The position numbers were made by a program, and so were the translations under genes. From contig JBQTHB010000005.1 of assembly GCA_052390235.1 (NCBI GenBank), positions 192,001 through 256,000 of the forward strand: a stretch of DNA of 64,000 nucleotides. The letters are read 5' to 3'. Positions 54,101 through 63,119 of the stretch are shown here, in pieces (positions within the stretch are counted from its first letter, which is position 1; each line of letters opens with the position of its first letter). Source of the DNA: Deltaproteobacteria bacterium (GTDB lineage: Bacteria > Desulfobacterota_D > UBA1144 > Nemesobacterales > CSP1-2). Below the pieces are notes generated by a model, which was not told the origin of the DNA, did not search any database, and worked only from the letters and a program-made list of their open reading frames with translations.

Positions 54101-55624
54101 ATGTACGGAAAATTCGTCGGACTGGACATCGGAAGCGATAGTATAAAAATAGCGCTCGTCAAAAAGGGTTTACGCCGGATTGAACTCCTCGAGACGAAGC
54201 GGATTAAGACCCCTTCCTCTTCCTCCCAGCAGGCGGTATCAGAGGCTCTGGCCGAGATTTTCAGCCGTCCCCCATTTGCCCAGTGCGATGTGGCGGCGGC
54301 AATTTCCGCAGATCCGGTTTCGGTAAGGGTGCTTAATTTCCCATTTTCCGACCCTAAGAAAATTGACGAGGTCTATCCCTTTGAACTGGAAAACGTCTCG
54401 ACCTTTGACCCCTCGGAAAAGCTCCACGGCTATCATCTCGTGAGGCGGGACAACGAGGCAGAGGCGCTGGTGTGTATGTTCGATAAAGCCGATATGACGG
54501 CTCGCCTCGGTTTACTTGCGGCGGCGCAGATTGACCCCAAGGCAGTTACTTTTGAACCCATCGCTTTTAGCTCGCTCGATTGGCATATTGTGGGGGATAG
54601 ACCGGTTCTGTTGATTGACATGGGAGATTTGCGGACTTACTTTTCGCTGTTTGATGCAGAGGGCTTAAGACGCGTGAGGTCTTCGTCCAAAGCCGGAAGA
54701 ACTGTCGGCGAGAGTCTATCTAAAACCCTGGGGATTTCCCTCGACGAGGCCGAGACGATAAAACATAGCGGACTGCTCGGGCCGCGGAAAGCCGCGGTGC
54801 AAGAGGCGCTCTCGCCATTGATTTCGGAGATAAAAAAGACGGCGCAGTTCTTTGAATTAGAGATGAAGGCTGAGATTAAAACCCTCGTCCTATGCGGGGG
54901 GCTCTCGCTCATGCCCGGGATTGCAGACTACATAGCCGCTGAGCTGAAACGAGGGACATCAGTCCTATCCATTGCCGATTTGGGGCAAAATGCCTCTCCG
55001 GCGTTTGCAAAATCCTTTGCCCTCGCCCTTTACGGTAGCAATATTAGCAGAGGGAGTCTTAATTTAAGGAAAGGCGAATTTAAATACTCTCCCAAGGGCG
55101 GAGAACTGAGAAAGACCTTCATGCTCCCGGCGGCGCTGGCGGCGGTTCTCGTGGCGATAACCCTCTACGGCTCGGTTTCTAGGTATTTTGATATGAAGCG
55201 GGAGGTTCGCGCAGTGGAGTCTCGGATAGCGAGCGGGGTGAAGGAGACGTTTCCGACCGTTGCCGTGATACCAAAGCCCGTTGCTTTTATGGAGAATGAG
55301 CTAAAAAAGGTTAAAGACAGGCTTGCCCTTTTCAACGGGCTCGTGGGCGGGGCTACGCCGCTCGACGTTCTGCGGGATATATCTGGGAGCATTCCCGAAC
55401 AGGTACAACTCGGTGTGGATGAGATAAGCTTTGTAGATGATAGGACGGTCAAGGTTTTGGGCAAATGCAGCTCTTCGGAAGAGGTCGCGAGAATTGAAAA
55501 ATTCCTCTCCGACTCCGGCAAATTTGATAAGGTGATTAGAGACTCTACCGAAACGGCGATTAATAACACGATTAGGTTTAGAATTTCTCTCGCGCTTAAG
55601 AATCCCAATGGACAAACTTATTGA
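54101..55624 (+). CDS. gspL: Type II secretion GspL (PilM-like actin domain + PilN-like domain)
   Basis: VGLDIGSDSIK, LCGG, LNLRKGEF, TM helix, periplasmic ferredoxin-like domain. Confidence 0.8.
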   Translation: MYGKFVGLDIGSDSIKIALVKKGLRRIELLETKRIKTPSSSSQQAVSEALAEIFSRPPFAQCDVAAAISADPVSVRVLNFPFSDPKKIDEVYPFELENVSTFDPSEKLHGYHLVRRDNEAEALVCMFDKADMTARLGLLAAAQIDPKAVTFEPIAFSSLDWHIVGDRPVLLIDMGDLRTYFSLFDAEGLRRVRSSSKAGRTVGESLSKTLGISLDEAETIKHSGLLGPRKAAVQEALSPLISEIKKTAQFFELEMKAEIKTLVLCGGLSLMPGIADYIAAELKRGTSVLSIADLGQNASPAFAKSFALALYGSNISRGSLNLRKGEFKYSPKGGELRKTFMLPAALAAVLVAITLYGSVSRYFDMKREVRAVESRIASGVKETFPTVAVIPKPVAFMENELKKVKDRLALFNGLVGGATPLDVLRDISGSIPEQVQLGVDEISFVDDRTVKVLGKCSSSEEVARIEKFLSDSGKFDKVIRDSTETAINNTIRFRISLALKNPNGQTY

Positions 55625-56192
55625 ACAGCTCAAAGCCCTACTGAACCGATACCGCATTCCATCTGAGGGGCTGGCGGTTTCTGAGAGGGATAAAAAGACT
55701 CTCGTCCTAGGACTGGCGGCGGGGGGAGCGATAGTTCTGTACATAGTGTTTCAGATTTTCTCCTCAGGCGCGGCGAAGCTAGAGAAACAAGCCGAGGTTC
55801 TCGCGCAAGACCTCAGCAAAATTGACGCACTGCGCTCGGACTACTCCAATTCAACGCGGAAAATCGAGGACCTAACCAAAAAAATAACCACGGCGAATGA
55901 AGACCTCGTCTCATTGGCTGAAAAATCCCTTATAGAGTCTCAAATCGAGCGGGGGAGTTTCTCCATCAACTCGCGCACGCCGGTTTCCGCTGACCTGTAC
56001 GATGAAAAGATAGTGGACGTGGAAATCCGCAGAGTTTCTCTCGATAGAGCCGTCGGGGTGCTATATAAAATACAGTCCAAGCCCACGTTTCTTAAACTAT
56101 CGAAGTTCAGTATAAGAACACGCTTTGACAACCCCAACTTGGTGGATGTGTCTTTTCGCATATCCGCCTTTGAATTCAAGCAAGGGGTTTAG
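55608..56192 (+). CDS. gspM: Type II secretion GspM-like protein
   Basis: SERDKK before TM, coiled coil, LYKIQ; overlaps gspL. Confidence 0.7.
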   Translation: MDKLIEQLKALLNRYRIPSEGLAVSERDKKTLVLGLAAGGAIVLYIVFQIFSSGAAKLEKQAEVLAQDLSKIDALRSDYSNSTRKIEDLTKKITTANEDLVSLAEKSLIESQIERGSFSINSRTPVSADLYDEKIVDVEIRRVSLDRAVGVLYKIQSKPTFLKLSKFSIRTRFDNPNLVDVSFRISAFEFKQGV

Positions 56193-56203
56193 AGCTACGG
56201 ACG

Positions 56204-57112
56204 ATGCTGAGAAATAAAATAAATCAATTTATGGAATGGAAGGGTTTTCCAAGATTTTGCTACGCGCTGTGTTTCTTGGCTGTTTTTATTATATCCTTCT
56301 ATGCGGCGTTTCCCACGGATGCGCTCAAACACAGGATAGTCCGCGAGATTGAGTTAATATCTGGCGCGAGAGCCGAGATAAAATCCCTCACCCTCTATCC
56401 CTTCTTCAGTATCGGCATCGAGGAACTGAATATCTACAAAACCGACACTCCTGTAACGGTTGAGCAGTTGAACCTAAGCCCCTCGCTCGCCCGCCTCATA
56501 TTCTCGGACAGCGTGGTAATTCCATTCTCGGCAAGGCTCCTTGGGGGCGAGGCTGAAGGAGAGGTTTCCTATAACCTCCGCACCGGGCGCGTCGAGAAAG
56601 CCGCCTCAACCCTCCGCTCGGTGAACATTGACGCCGTGCCATCCCTGATTTCCGGCTCCGGCGCGGACAACCCTCAAATCACAGGGGCCCTTAGCGGCAG
56701 TTTTTCAATAACCCTCGGCTCAAATCCAGCGGGAGCATTTAATTTCACGGCGCAAAATCTCGGAGTTTCAAATCTCAAGGTAAATCAATTTCCGCTTCCA
56801 GATTTTACAAATCTCAAATCAAACTTCAGCGGCGCTATCGAAAATAACCTCACTAAAATAGAAAAGCTCGAATTCCTCGGCGAGGATTTAGACCTCCTTC
56901 TCTCAGGCGCCGCCCCCGTGCCGTGGCAAATCCGAAAGGGCGCAGTTCTCGACCTTGGTCTTCGTCTCTGGGTCAAGGGAAAAAAGCTCGCCATCATTAA
57001 GACGTTTTTAGCCTCTCATCTGTCCTCTCAGGGCGATGGAAGTCTCGAGGGGAAAATCGCAGGCACTGTAGGAGCGCCGAAGGTTCTAAAACACAGCTCA
57101 CCCGATATTTAA
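56204..57112 (+). CDS. gspN: Type II secretion GspN-like protein
   Basis: N-terminal TM ending FP, beta-rich body, C-terminal GTVGAP; follows gspLM. Confidence 0.7.
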   Translation: MLRNKINQFMEWKGFPRFCYALCFLAVFIISFYAAFPTDALKHRIVREIELISGARAEIKSLTLYPFFSIGIEELNIYKTDTPVTVEQLNLSPSLARLIFSDSVVIPFSARLLGGEAEGEVSYNLRTGRVEKAASTLRSVNIDAVPSLISGSGADNPQITGALSGSFSITLGSNPAGAFNFTAQNLGVSNLKVNQFPLPDFTNLKSNFSGAIENNLTKIEKLEFLGEDLDLLLSGAAPVPWQIRKGAVLDLGLRLWVKGKKLAIIKTFLASHLSSQGDGSLEGKIAGTVGAPKVLKHSSPDI

Positions 57113-57169
57113 GCGCCGCCTTCATCCGCCTTCGAGGGGAAATTTCTTTCCAAGAAGGGACTCTAGCGC

Positions 57170-57694
57170 ATGAAACGAAATCAAATTCTGAGCGTATTCT
57201 CTGCCCTTCTGCTCTGCTCTGTTATGCTTTTCACCGGGCTTTGGGCTGAGGACGGGGGCGATAATCCCTCCGAGGAGCAGATGTATATCCAAGGCATTGG
57301 ATTCGACGCCGAATCCCGCACCCCTGTGGTATTTCTCACCGATAAGGAGCGCAAAAAAGCCCTGCCTATATGGATAGGCATCTGCGAGGCGCGCTCGATA
57401 GGGCTTTCGCTCTCGAACGAGGTAGCTCCAAGACCCCTCGCATACGACATGGTTGCCGCGATGGTAAGGGCGATGAAAGGGAAAGTGGAGCGCGTAGTGA
57501 TTGTTGACCTCCGAGATAAGGTCTTTTACGCTCAGATTGAGATTTCAGCGGGCGGGGCGGTATCGAAAATTGACGCTCGCCCAAGCGACGCCATAGCTCT
57601 TGCGGCTCGGATGCGCTCCCCTATATATGTGAATAAATCCGTGCTTGAGAGAGCCTCAATACAGTCCGAAAAGGCTGAAAAAAGAGGGATATAG
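57170..57694 (+). CDS. Bifunctional nuclease family (DUF151) protein with signal peptide
   Basis: LPIWIGICEA, PRPLAYD, IDARPSDAIALA, PIYV; hydrophobic leader ending LWA. Confidence 0.88.
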   Translation: MKRNQILSVFSALLLCSVMLFTGLWAEDGGDNPSEEQMYIQGIGFDAESRTPVVFLTDKERKKALPIWIGICEARSIGLSLSNEVAPRPLAYDMVAAMVRAMKGKVERVVIVDLRDKVFYAQIEISAGGAVSKIDARPSDAIALAARMRSPIYVNKSVLERASIQSEKAEKRGI

Positions 57695-57746
57695 CCTCGC
57701 CCGTAAGGCCCGCGGCTTGCCGCTCTCGGCTGGGGGCTTTTATGAT

Positions 57747-57775
57747 TTGACATCCTTTTTTCATATTGCTATGAT
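57747..57775 (+). promoter_or_regulatory. Sigma70-type promoter of pheA
   Basis: TTGACA-N17-TATGAT with TG extension. Confidence 0.65.
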
Positions 57776-57807
57776 TCTAGCTCGAAATCCCGTTTTCAAT
57801 AATAAAT

Positions 57808-58890
57808 ATGTCCTCTTCAAAGAACTTATCCGACCTCAGAAGCAAGATAGACGCCCTCGACGGAAAGCTCCTCGAACTCCTCAATGAGCGCGGCGGGGTT
57901 GCAATTGAAATAAGAGAGCTTAAGCAGGAGCGCTCCTTCGGCGTCTATGACCCGGCGCGGGAGAGGGAGATTGAGAATAATCTGAGAAATATTAATCCGG
58001 GCCCCCTCCCTTCGGACTCCGTTGTCGCCATATTTCGTGAAATCATCTCCGGGTGCCGCGCGCTTCAGCACAATATCAAGGTCGCTTATTTGGGCCCTGA
58101 GGGGAGTTTTTCGCATCAGGCGGCGTTTCACGAGTTCGGAAGCTCGGCTGAGTTTCTGCCGGTAGGGAATTTCGAGGATGTGTTTGACTCTGTTGAAAAG
58201 GGGGTTTCATCCTACGGTATAGTGCCTGTGGAAAACTCCACGGACGGCTCGATAGGCGGGGTGCTAGATGTGTTTTTGCGCTCCTCGCTTAGGGTTTCAT
58301 CCGAGTATTTTCAGCGTATCAGCCATTTTCTGCTCTCGAAGAGTGGCAATGTTAGAGACATTGAGGTTGTCTCGTCAATTCCTCCGGCGCTGGGGCAGTG
58401 TAAACAATGGCTCTCAAGGCACATGAAGCACGCCGAAATCCGCGAGGTTGCAAGCACGGCGAGGGCGGCGCAGATTGCCGCCGGAGATAAGAGCGTCGCC
58501 GCAGTTGCCGGGGAAATTGCCGCCTCGGTCTATAATTTAAAGGTCGTGGCAAGCCGCATCGAAGACAGCCCTAATAACTCCACCCGTTTTTGGATTATCG
58601 CCCGAAACAGCCCGCGCCCAACGGGATTCGATAAGACCTCGGTTGTGTTTTCGCTCAAGCACGAACCAGGGGCGCTGCAAAAAGCCCTTCAGCCGTTCTC
58701 CGAGGCGGGAATTAATTTGACGAAGATAGAATCTCGCCCATCGAAAGAGCGCCATTGGGAATACGTTTTCTTCGCCGATTTCGACGGGCATTCGGAAGAT
58801 GCTCAGGTTCAAAGCGTCCTTCGCCAAGCCGAGCGCAGCTGCGCTATGCTAAAAATCCTAGGCTCGTATCCAAAGGGCAAAACGGGATAG
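57808..58890 (+). CDS. pheA: Chorismate mutase/prephenate dehydratase
   Basis: LRSKIDALD, YLGPEGSFS, PVENS, NSTRF, LTKIESRP, LGSYP. Confidence 0.95.
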   Translation: MSSSKNLSDLRSKIDALDGKLLELLNERGGVAIEIRELKQERSFGVYDPAREREIENNLRNINPGPLPSDSVVAIFREIISGCRALQHNIKVAYLGPEGSFSHQAAFHEFGSSAEFLPVGNFEDVFDSVEKGVSSYGIVPVENSTDGSIGGVLDVFLRSSLRVSSEYFQRISHFLLSKSGNVRDIEVVSSIPPALGQCKQWLSRHMKHAEIREVASTARAAQIAAGDKSVAAVAGEIAASVYNLKVVASRIEDSPNNSTRFWIIARNSPRPTGFDKTSVVFSLKHEPGALQKALQPFSEAGINLTKIESRPSKERHWEYVFFADFDGHSEDAQVQSVLRQAERSCAMLKILGSYPKGKTG

Positions 58891-58895
58891 TTTCA

Positions 58896-59234
58896 TCAAA
58901 TTCCCAAATCCAATACAGCTCTTATCGCCCAGTCCAGTTTTTCTTCGGCTTCGGCAGGTTCGATATGCAGACTGCCGATTTTAGAATTCCCATCTCCTAG
59001 GACGTAGATTCCGCCCGCCCGCGCCGACACATAGACGTGCTGAACGAGCCTGTTTTCGATGTCCATCACCGAGAGAGATACAACCTCCGACGCGCGCTCC
59101 GAACCCTCTGCGCCCAGAGGTTTAAGATTCCCAACCGCGCAGCGCCACCCAATCTCATCTAATATACGGGCTATACTTTGTATCGCCGGAAGGATCAGCC
59201 CCTCCCGAAGCCGTTTGAGTTCCTCGCCGTTCAT
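58896..59234 (-). CDS. Hypothetical protein
   Basis: ATG with GGGGAG SD; 112 aa; fills the gap. Confidence 0.65.
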   Translation of the reverse strand: MNGEELKRLREGLILPAIQSIARILDEIGWRCAVGNLKPLGAEGSERASEVVSLSVMDIENRLVQHVYVSARAGGIYVLGDGNSKIGSLHIEPAEAEEKLDWAIRAVLDLGI

Positions 59235-59432
59235 TTATATTCTCCCCTTTGTCTGGGCGCGCCGAGATGAGAATTGCGATGAATTGCTCGTCCGCCCCAA
59301 ATATGTGCTATCGCGCCCTGACTCATAACCGCCGAATTATACACGAATCGAATATCTGGGGGGAGCGGGAGTTTGTTAGTGCCAGAAAATGTAGTACAAT
59401 TAAAAAATCTAACCTGTGAAGGAGGCGGATTC

Positions 59433-59825
59433 ATGACGAAATTGACCGCGTTAGCCCTCTTTATTGCCCTTTGTCTAATAAGCGGTTTCGGACTCGCGAG
59501 CGCCGAGGAATCATCATTATCTGCGGCGAACGCCTCCGGCAGATTGGATACTCATCCCCTCAGGAGCGTCTGCGCTTATATCTGGAACGCCGAGTACAAA
59601 AAGGACAAGGTAGAAATTGCCGTCTCCACTAGAGGGGATTCGGGCGAGACGGTTGTTTTCACCTGCCCTGAGTGCAGTCTCGAGGAGCATTTCGTAAATC
59701 CCTTCTTGGATAACGAGTACAGGGGCAAGACCGGCATTGAGAGAGTCCGGGAGTGTGGTTTTGCCCAGGCCGTGTTCAAGGGCGGCAGGGGAATTGTGGA
59801 ATTGGTCAGAGCAGTGGGGCGGTAA
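59433..59825 (+). CDS. Exported hypothetical protein with CxxC
   Basis: AAGGAGG SD, ATG 59433, signal peptide ending ASA; CPEC. Confidence 0.75.
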   Translation: MTKLTALALFIALCLISGFGLASAEESSLSAANASGRLDTHPLRSVCAYIWNAEYKKDKVEIAVSTRGDSGETVVFTCPECSLEEHFVNPFLDNEYRGKTGIERVRECGFAQAVFKGGRGIVELVRAVGR

Positions 59826-59851
59826 ATCTAAAACTCTGGAGTCATAGCGTT

Positions 59852-60064
59852 ATGGGAACGTTTCCCTTTGGATGGATTCGTGGATTAGACGGCGATAATT
59901 GGCAGATTCTCTGGAGCGCGGAGGAACAGCTCCTCTACGCTAAGGGAGTGCAGTCGAATAGGATTCTCAATATACACGCCACATCAACGTGGGAAGAGGC
60001 AAAGGCTCTGGCCGATAAGGTTCAGTCATCGCCCGATTCATTCGTTAAAATTGAGAACGGGTAG
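59852..60064 (+). CDS. Small hypothetical protein
   Basis: MGTFPFGWIRGLDGDNWQILW...; 70 aa between co-oriented genes. Confidence 0.6.
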   Translation: MGTFPFGWIRGLDGDNWQILWSAEEQLLYAKGVQSNRILNIHATSTWEEAKALADKVQSSPDSFVKIENG

Positions 60065-60088
60065 TCGCGCGCAGAGGGTAGGTTTACA

Positions 60089-60574
60089 ATGCAATTTGCC
60101 GTTAAATTTCTGCACCTCGCCTCAATCACCTTCTGGATAGGGTCTATTTTCTTCTTCTCGTTCTTCGCCGCGCCGAGTATTTTCAGCGTCCTGCCCAGAG
60201 AGGCGGCTGGGGATGTGGTAGCGGCGATTTTCCCCAAGTACTATCTCGTGGGGTATGTCTGCGGCGGGGTTGCCATAATATCTCTTTTGCTCATGATAAT
60301 GTCTGGCGTATCCCCCCAGAAAATGCTCAATTGGGCGCGTGTAGGGATAATTGCGCTGATGCTTGGGATTTCCCTTTATGCCGGAAGCGTCGTGAGACCC
60401 GCCGCCGCAGAGATTAAATCCCAGATGCGCGCTCTTCCCGCCGAATCCGCGAATCGGGCGGAGCTAGAGGCGAGATTCTCCGCTCTTCACAGGAGTTCCC
60501 TCATTTTAAACGGCATTGTTTTTTTATCGGGAATTGTTATTATATGTGTAACTGCCTATAATTATAGGGAGTAA
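60089..60574 (+). CDS. DUF4149 membrane protein
   Basis: WIGSIFFF, APSIF, AGDVVAAIFPKYY, FSALHRSS. Confidence 0.85.
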   Translation: MQFAVKFLHLASITFWIGSIFFFSFFAAPSIFSVLPREAAGDVVAAIFPKYYLVGYVCGGVAIISLLLMIMSGVSPQKMLNWARVGIIALMLGISLYAGSVVRPAAAEIKSQMRALPAESANRAELEARFSALHRSSLILNGIVFLSGIVIICVTAYNYRE

Positions 60575-60601
60575 ATCAGGAATAAACGAGGGAGGTCATC
60601 C

Positions 60602-60925
60602 ATGTTTGAAGTAACCGATAAAGCGGCAAATGAGATTAAGAGACTGCTTTCCACCGAAGAGATTCCAAACGCAGTCCTCAGGGTGCGTGTAATTCCGGGG
60701 GGATGCTCGGGGTTTTCCTATGAAATGGGTTTCGACGACATTACGGACGAGACGGATCAGGTTTTTGAATCCGACGGCGTAAAAGTCGCAATAGACGAAA
60801 TGAGCTATGCCTACCTTCAGGGAACGACTCTCGACTACGCCGACGGGCTTAACGGCACGGGGTTTACTCTAAAGAACCCGAATGCTAAGGGAAGCTGCGG
60901 ATGCGGGTCTTCCTTCACCGTATAA
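60602..60925 (+). CDS. A-type Fe-S cluster carrier (IscA/ErpA/HesB)
   Basis: GGCSGFSY, NPNA, CGCGSSF. Confidence 0.95.
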   Translation: MFEVTDKAANEIKRLLSTEEIPNAVLRVRVIPGGCSGFSYEMGFDDITDETDQVFESDGVKVAIDEMSYAYLQGTTLDYADGLNGTGFTLKNPNAKGSCGCGSSFTV

Positions 60926-60955
60926 TAACTGAAATCACGCTGTAAAAACTAAGCA

Positions 60956-61008
60956 GGGGCTGATTTATATGGGGTTCGTTGCGCTCCCGTAAGTCAGTCC
61001 CATTTTTA
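60956..61008 (+). terminator. Intrinsic terminator
   Basis: GGGGCTGATTTAT / GTAAGTCAGTCCC stem with G:U pairs, followed by ATTTTT. Confidence 0.6.
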
Positions 61009-61082
61009 TATATTGCCTCAAGGTCGAATGCACTGCCGGGGGCATCTGGGGTTTTTGATGCTGGGTTCACGCTAATCTAAAT

Positions 61083-61115
61083 AAAAAAGGGGCTCGGTTT
61101 TTACGCAAGCCCCTT
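61083..61115 (-). terminator. Intrinsic terminator of the pilQ-lipoprotein operon
   Basis: Minus strand AAGGGGCT-loop-AGCCCC-TTTTTT. Confidence 0.75.
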
Positions 61116-61143
61116 CCATAAATCTCAATTTCAATAATCGAAA

Positions 61144-62523
61144 CTACATACAAACCCCAGCCATGCAGGTTCCGCCAATGCCGTTGCAGATGGTTCCGTT
61201 AGGGCAGTTGTTGTCGGCGCAGTCCACAAGTCCGTCTCCGTCATTGTCAAAGCCGTCTCCGCAGCCCATTCCGCCCGCGCCTTCGATTGGCTGGCACGGG
61301 GCAGCAGCGGCGCAAAGCGAATCGGCGCAGTCCGTATCGCCATCGCCGTCATTGTCAATACCATCGGCGCAATCAGCTCCGGCTTCTCCGCATATCGGGC
61401 TTCTATCTTGGCTACATTCTGGTAAATCGTCGCAGTCCGTAAATCCGTCTCCATCGTTGTCGCGCCCGTCATCGCAGGTTACCTCTGGAAATTCACACGG
61501 CGCAATTGCGGCGCAGCCCGGGTCGGCGCAATCCGCGAGTCCGTCTCCGTCATCGTCCACTCCGTTTGTGCATTGCATTGGCCCTGTCTCGCAGGAAGGG
61601 TCTAAATCGCAATCCGGCGAGTCGTCGCAGTCAATGTCTCCATCGTCGTCATCGTCCACTCCGTTGCCGCACGCCTCCGGCAGAGCAGGCATCGGGGCAT
61701 CCACCCCCTGCACAATGGTAACGCACTCTAAAATGGTTTGATTCGCGATGTCTGGGCAGGGGGGAACAAAGGCGTCCGGGTAATTTATTGGCACGGAGGC
61801 GCAGATTTCCTGAGTTCCGCCGACTCCGGGAAACGCGTTATACTGAACCGTTATCGCGCCGTTAAGCTCCGAGCCGCTGATGGTTGAATTTGGGATGGTT
61901 AGTCCGCCCAAATCCGGTCTCGTGAGGGAGAAAAATACAATAGTGTTTGCGGGGATTCCCACGGACTGAAAGCTCAAGGGGACGAAAATGCTCAGGGGCG
62001 AGTCCGCCTCAAAGGGAACGGTTATGTTTTGCGCCGCAGGGGGGATAATTCCCACGGCTTGGAGAATCAGGGTTATAAAATCTGATTCAGTGTCGCTTGA
62101 ATTTGGCCTCGAAACCGTAACTGCTAGGTTGACGGTCTCTTGGATGGCGTTGCCTGAGGCGATGACGGCTCCGGGCTGAATGTTAATTCCGGCAAGGTAT
62201 GTGCCGGATGCCTGCCCGTTTTGTATTATTGAATCTCCGCCGACAACGCACCCTCTAAATGCTGAAGCGAGGCTCGTCGCGGTTAATCTAAAGCTCAGAC
62301 CTGAGCCGTCTGGGAAAGCCTCAACATTCACTCCGGCTTCAACCAATTGCCTGCCGTTTCCAAAAATCAGCCCTGAGGTTGGGTTGATGACTACTATCCC
62401 CGTGCCGAAAGGGTCATCCGTTGACTGGCTACTGACTCCGTCAACACAGGACGCCCCGGCAACAACGAGCATCAACAATGCGGCTATCGTCTGAAGCCGC
62501 CCAAGATTTATTAGTTCTCTCAA
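61144..62523 (-). CDS. Lipoprotein with Ig-like region and five Cys/Asp-rich repeats
   Basis: TTG 62523 after GGAGG; lipobox GASC; five Cx(D/N)GxD(N/D)DxDGxxDCxDxxC units. Confidence 0.85.
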   Translation of the reverse strand: MRELINLGRLQTIAALLMLVVAGASCVDGVSSQSTDDPFGTGIVVINPTSGLIFGNGRQLVEAGVNVEAFPDGSGLSFRLTATSLASAFRGCVVGGDSIIQNGQASGTYLAGINIQPGAVIASGNAIQETVNLAVTVSRPNSSDTESDFITLILQAVGIIPPAAQNITVPFEADSPLSIFVPLSFQSVGIPANTIVFFSLTRPDLGGLTIPNSTISGSELNGAITVQYNAFPGVGGTQEICASVPINYPDAFVPPCPDIANQTILECVTIVQGVDAPMPALPEACGNGVDDDDDGDIDCDDSPDCDLDPSCETGPMQCTNGVDDDGDGLADCADPGCAAIAPCEFPEVTCDDGRDNDGDGFTDCDDLPECSQDRSPICGEAGADCADGIDNDGDGDTDCADSLCAAAAPCQPIEGAGGMGCGDGFDNDGDGLVDCADNNCPNGTICNGIGGTCMAGVCM

Positions 62524-62539
62524 GTCCGCATCCTCCATT

Positions 62540-63097
62540 TTATCTATCGTTAACGTTAAAATTGAGCGTGGCGACCGCTCCATTTTCAGCCGACGCCTCG
62601 ATGCTGGCAGGCAGTACAACCGATTCGCCGTTGATGAGAATTATCACGTCGGAAACTCCGCGGTTGTCGGTTATAGCTAGAAAAGGCGACTCCACAAATG
62701 CAAATGGGTTTATGGCAAATATCTGCGGTATTGTGAAATTGTCGCACGGGACGTCTCCGCAGGCGTCCGGGTCAATTAGCTGCAGCGCGGGGGCATCTCC
62801 ATCGCCATCTCCGTCGGTGTCAATTACGAGGTCGAGGGGCCCGGCAAAAGAGATCCTCCAGACGACTCTCACGTCGTTGAGCGGGTCTCCATCGGGGTCT
62901 CGCACCAGCGCCTGAACGCGTATTGAGGTGATTGCCTCAGTCGGGATAGTAACGTCTCCCGGGGGGTTTACTATCGTTATTGTAGAGCCGTCGGGAGCGA
63001 AAGGAGGGTTAGCGCCGCCGCAGCTTAGCCCGATAATTCCCAAAATGAGTACCAAAAACGCGCTATAAGCGCCCTTGATGGGCCTATTCATCTTCAT
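62540..63097 (-). CDS. Lipoprotein with invasin/Big_1-like domain
   Basis: Lipobox GLSC; VQALVRDPDGDPLNDVRVVW, TDNRG; SD GAGGAGG. Confidence 0.75.
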   Translation of the reverse strand: MKMNRPIKGAYSAFLVLILGIIGLSCGGANPPFAPDGSTITIVNPPGDVTIPTEAITSIRVQALVRDPDGDPLNDVRVVWRISFAGPLDLVIDTDGDGDGDAPALQLIDPDACGDVPCDNFTIPQIFAINPFAFVESPFLAITDNRGVSDVIILINGESVVLPASIEASAENGAVATLNFNVNDR

Positions 63098-63119
63098 ATT
63101 CCTCCTCTCTTGCTGGCTG

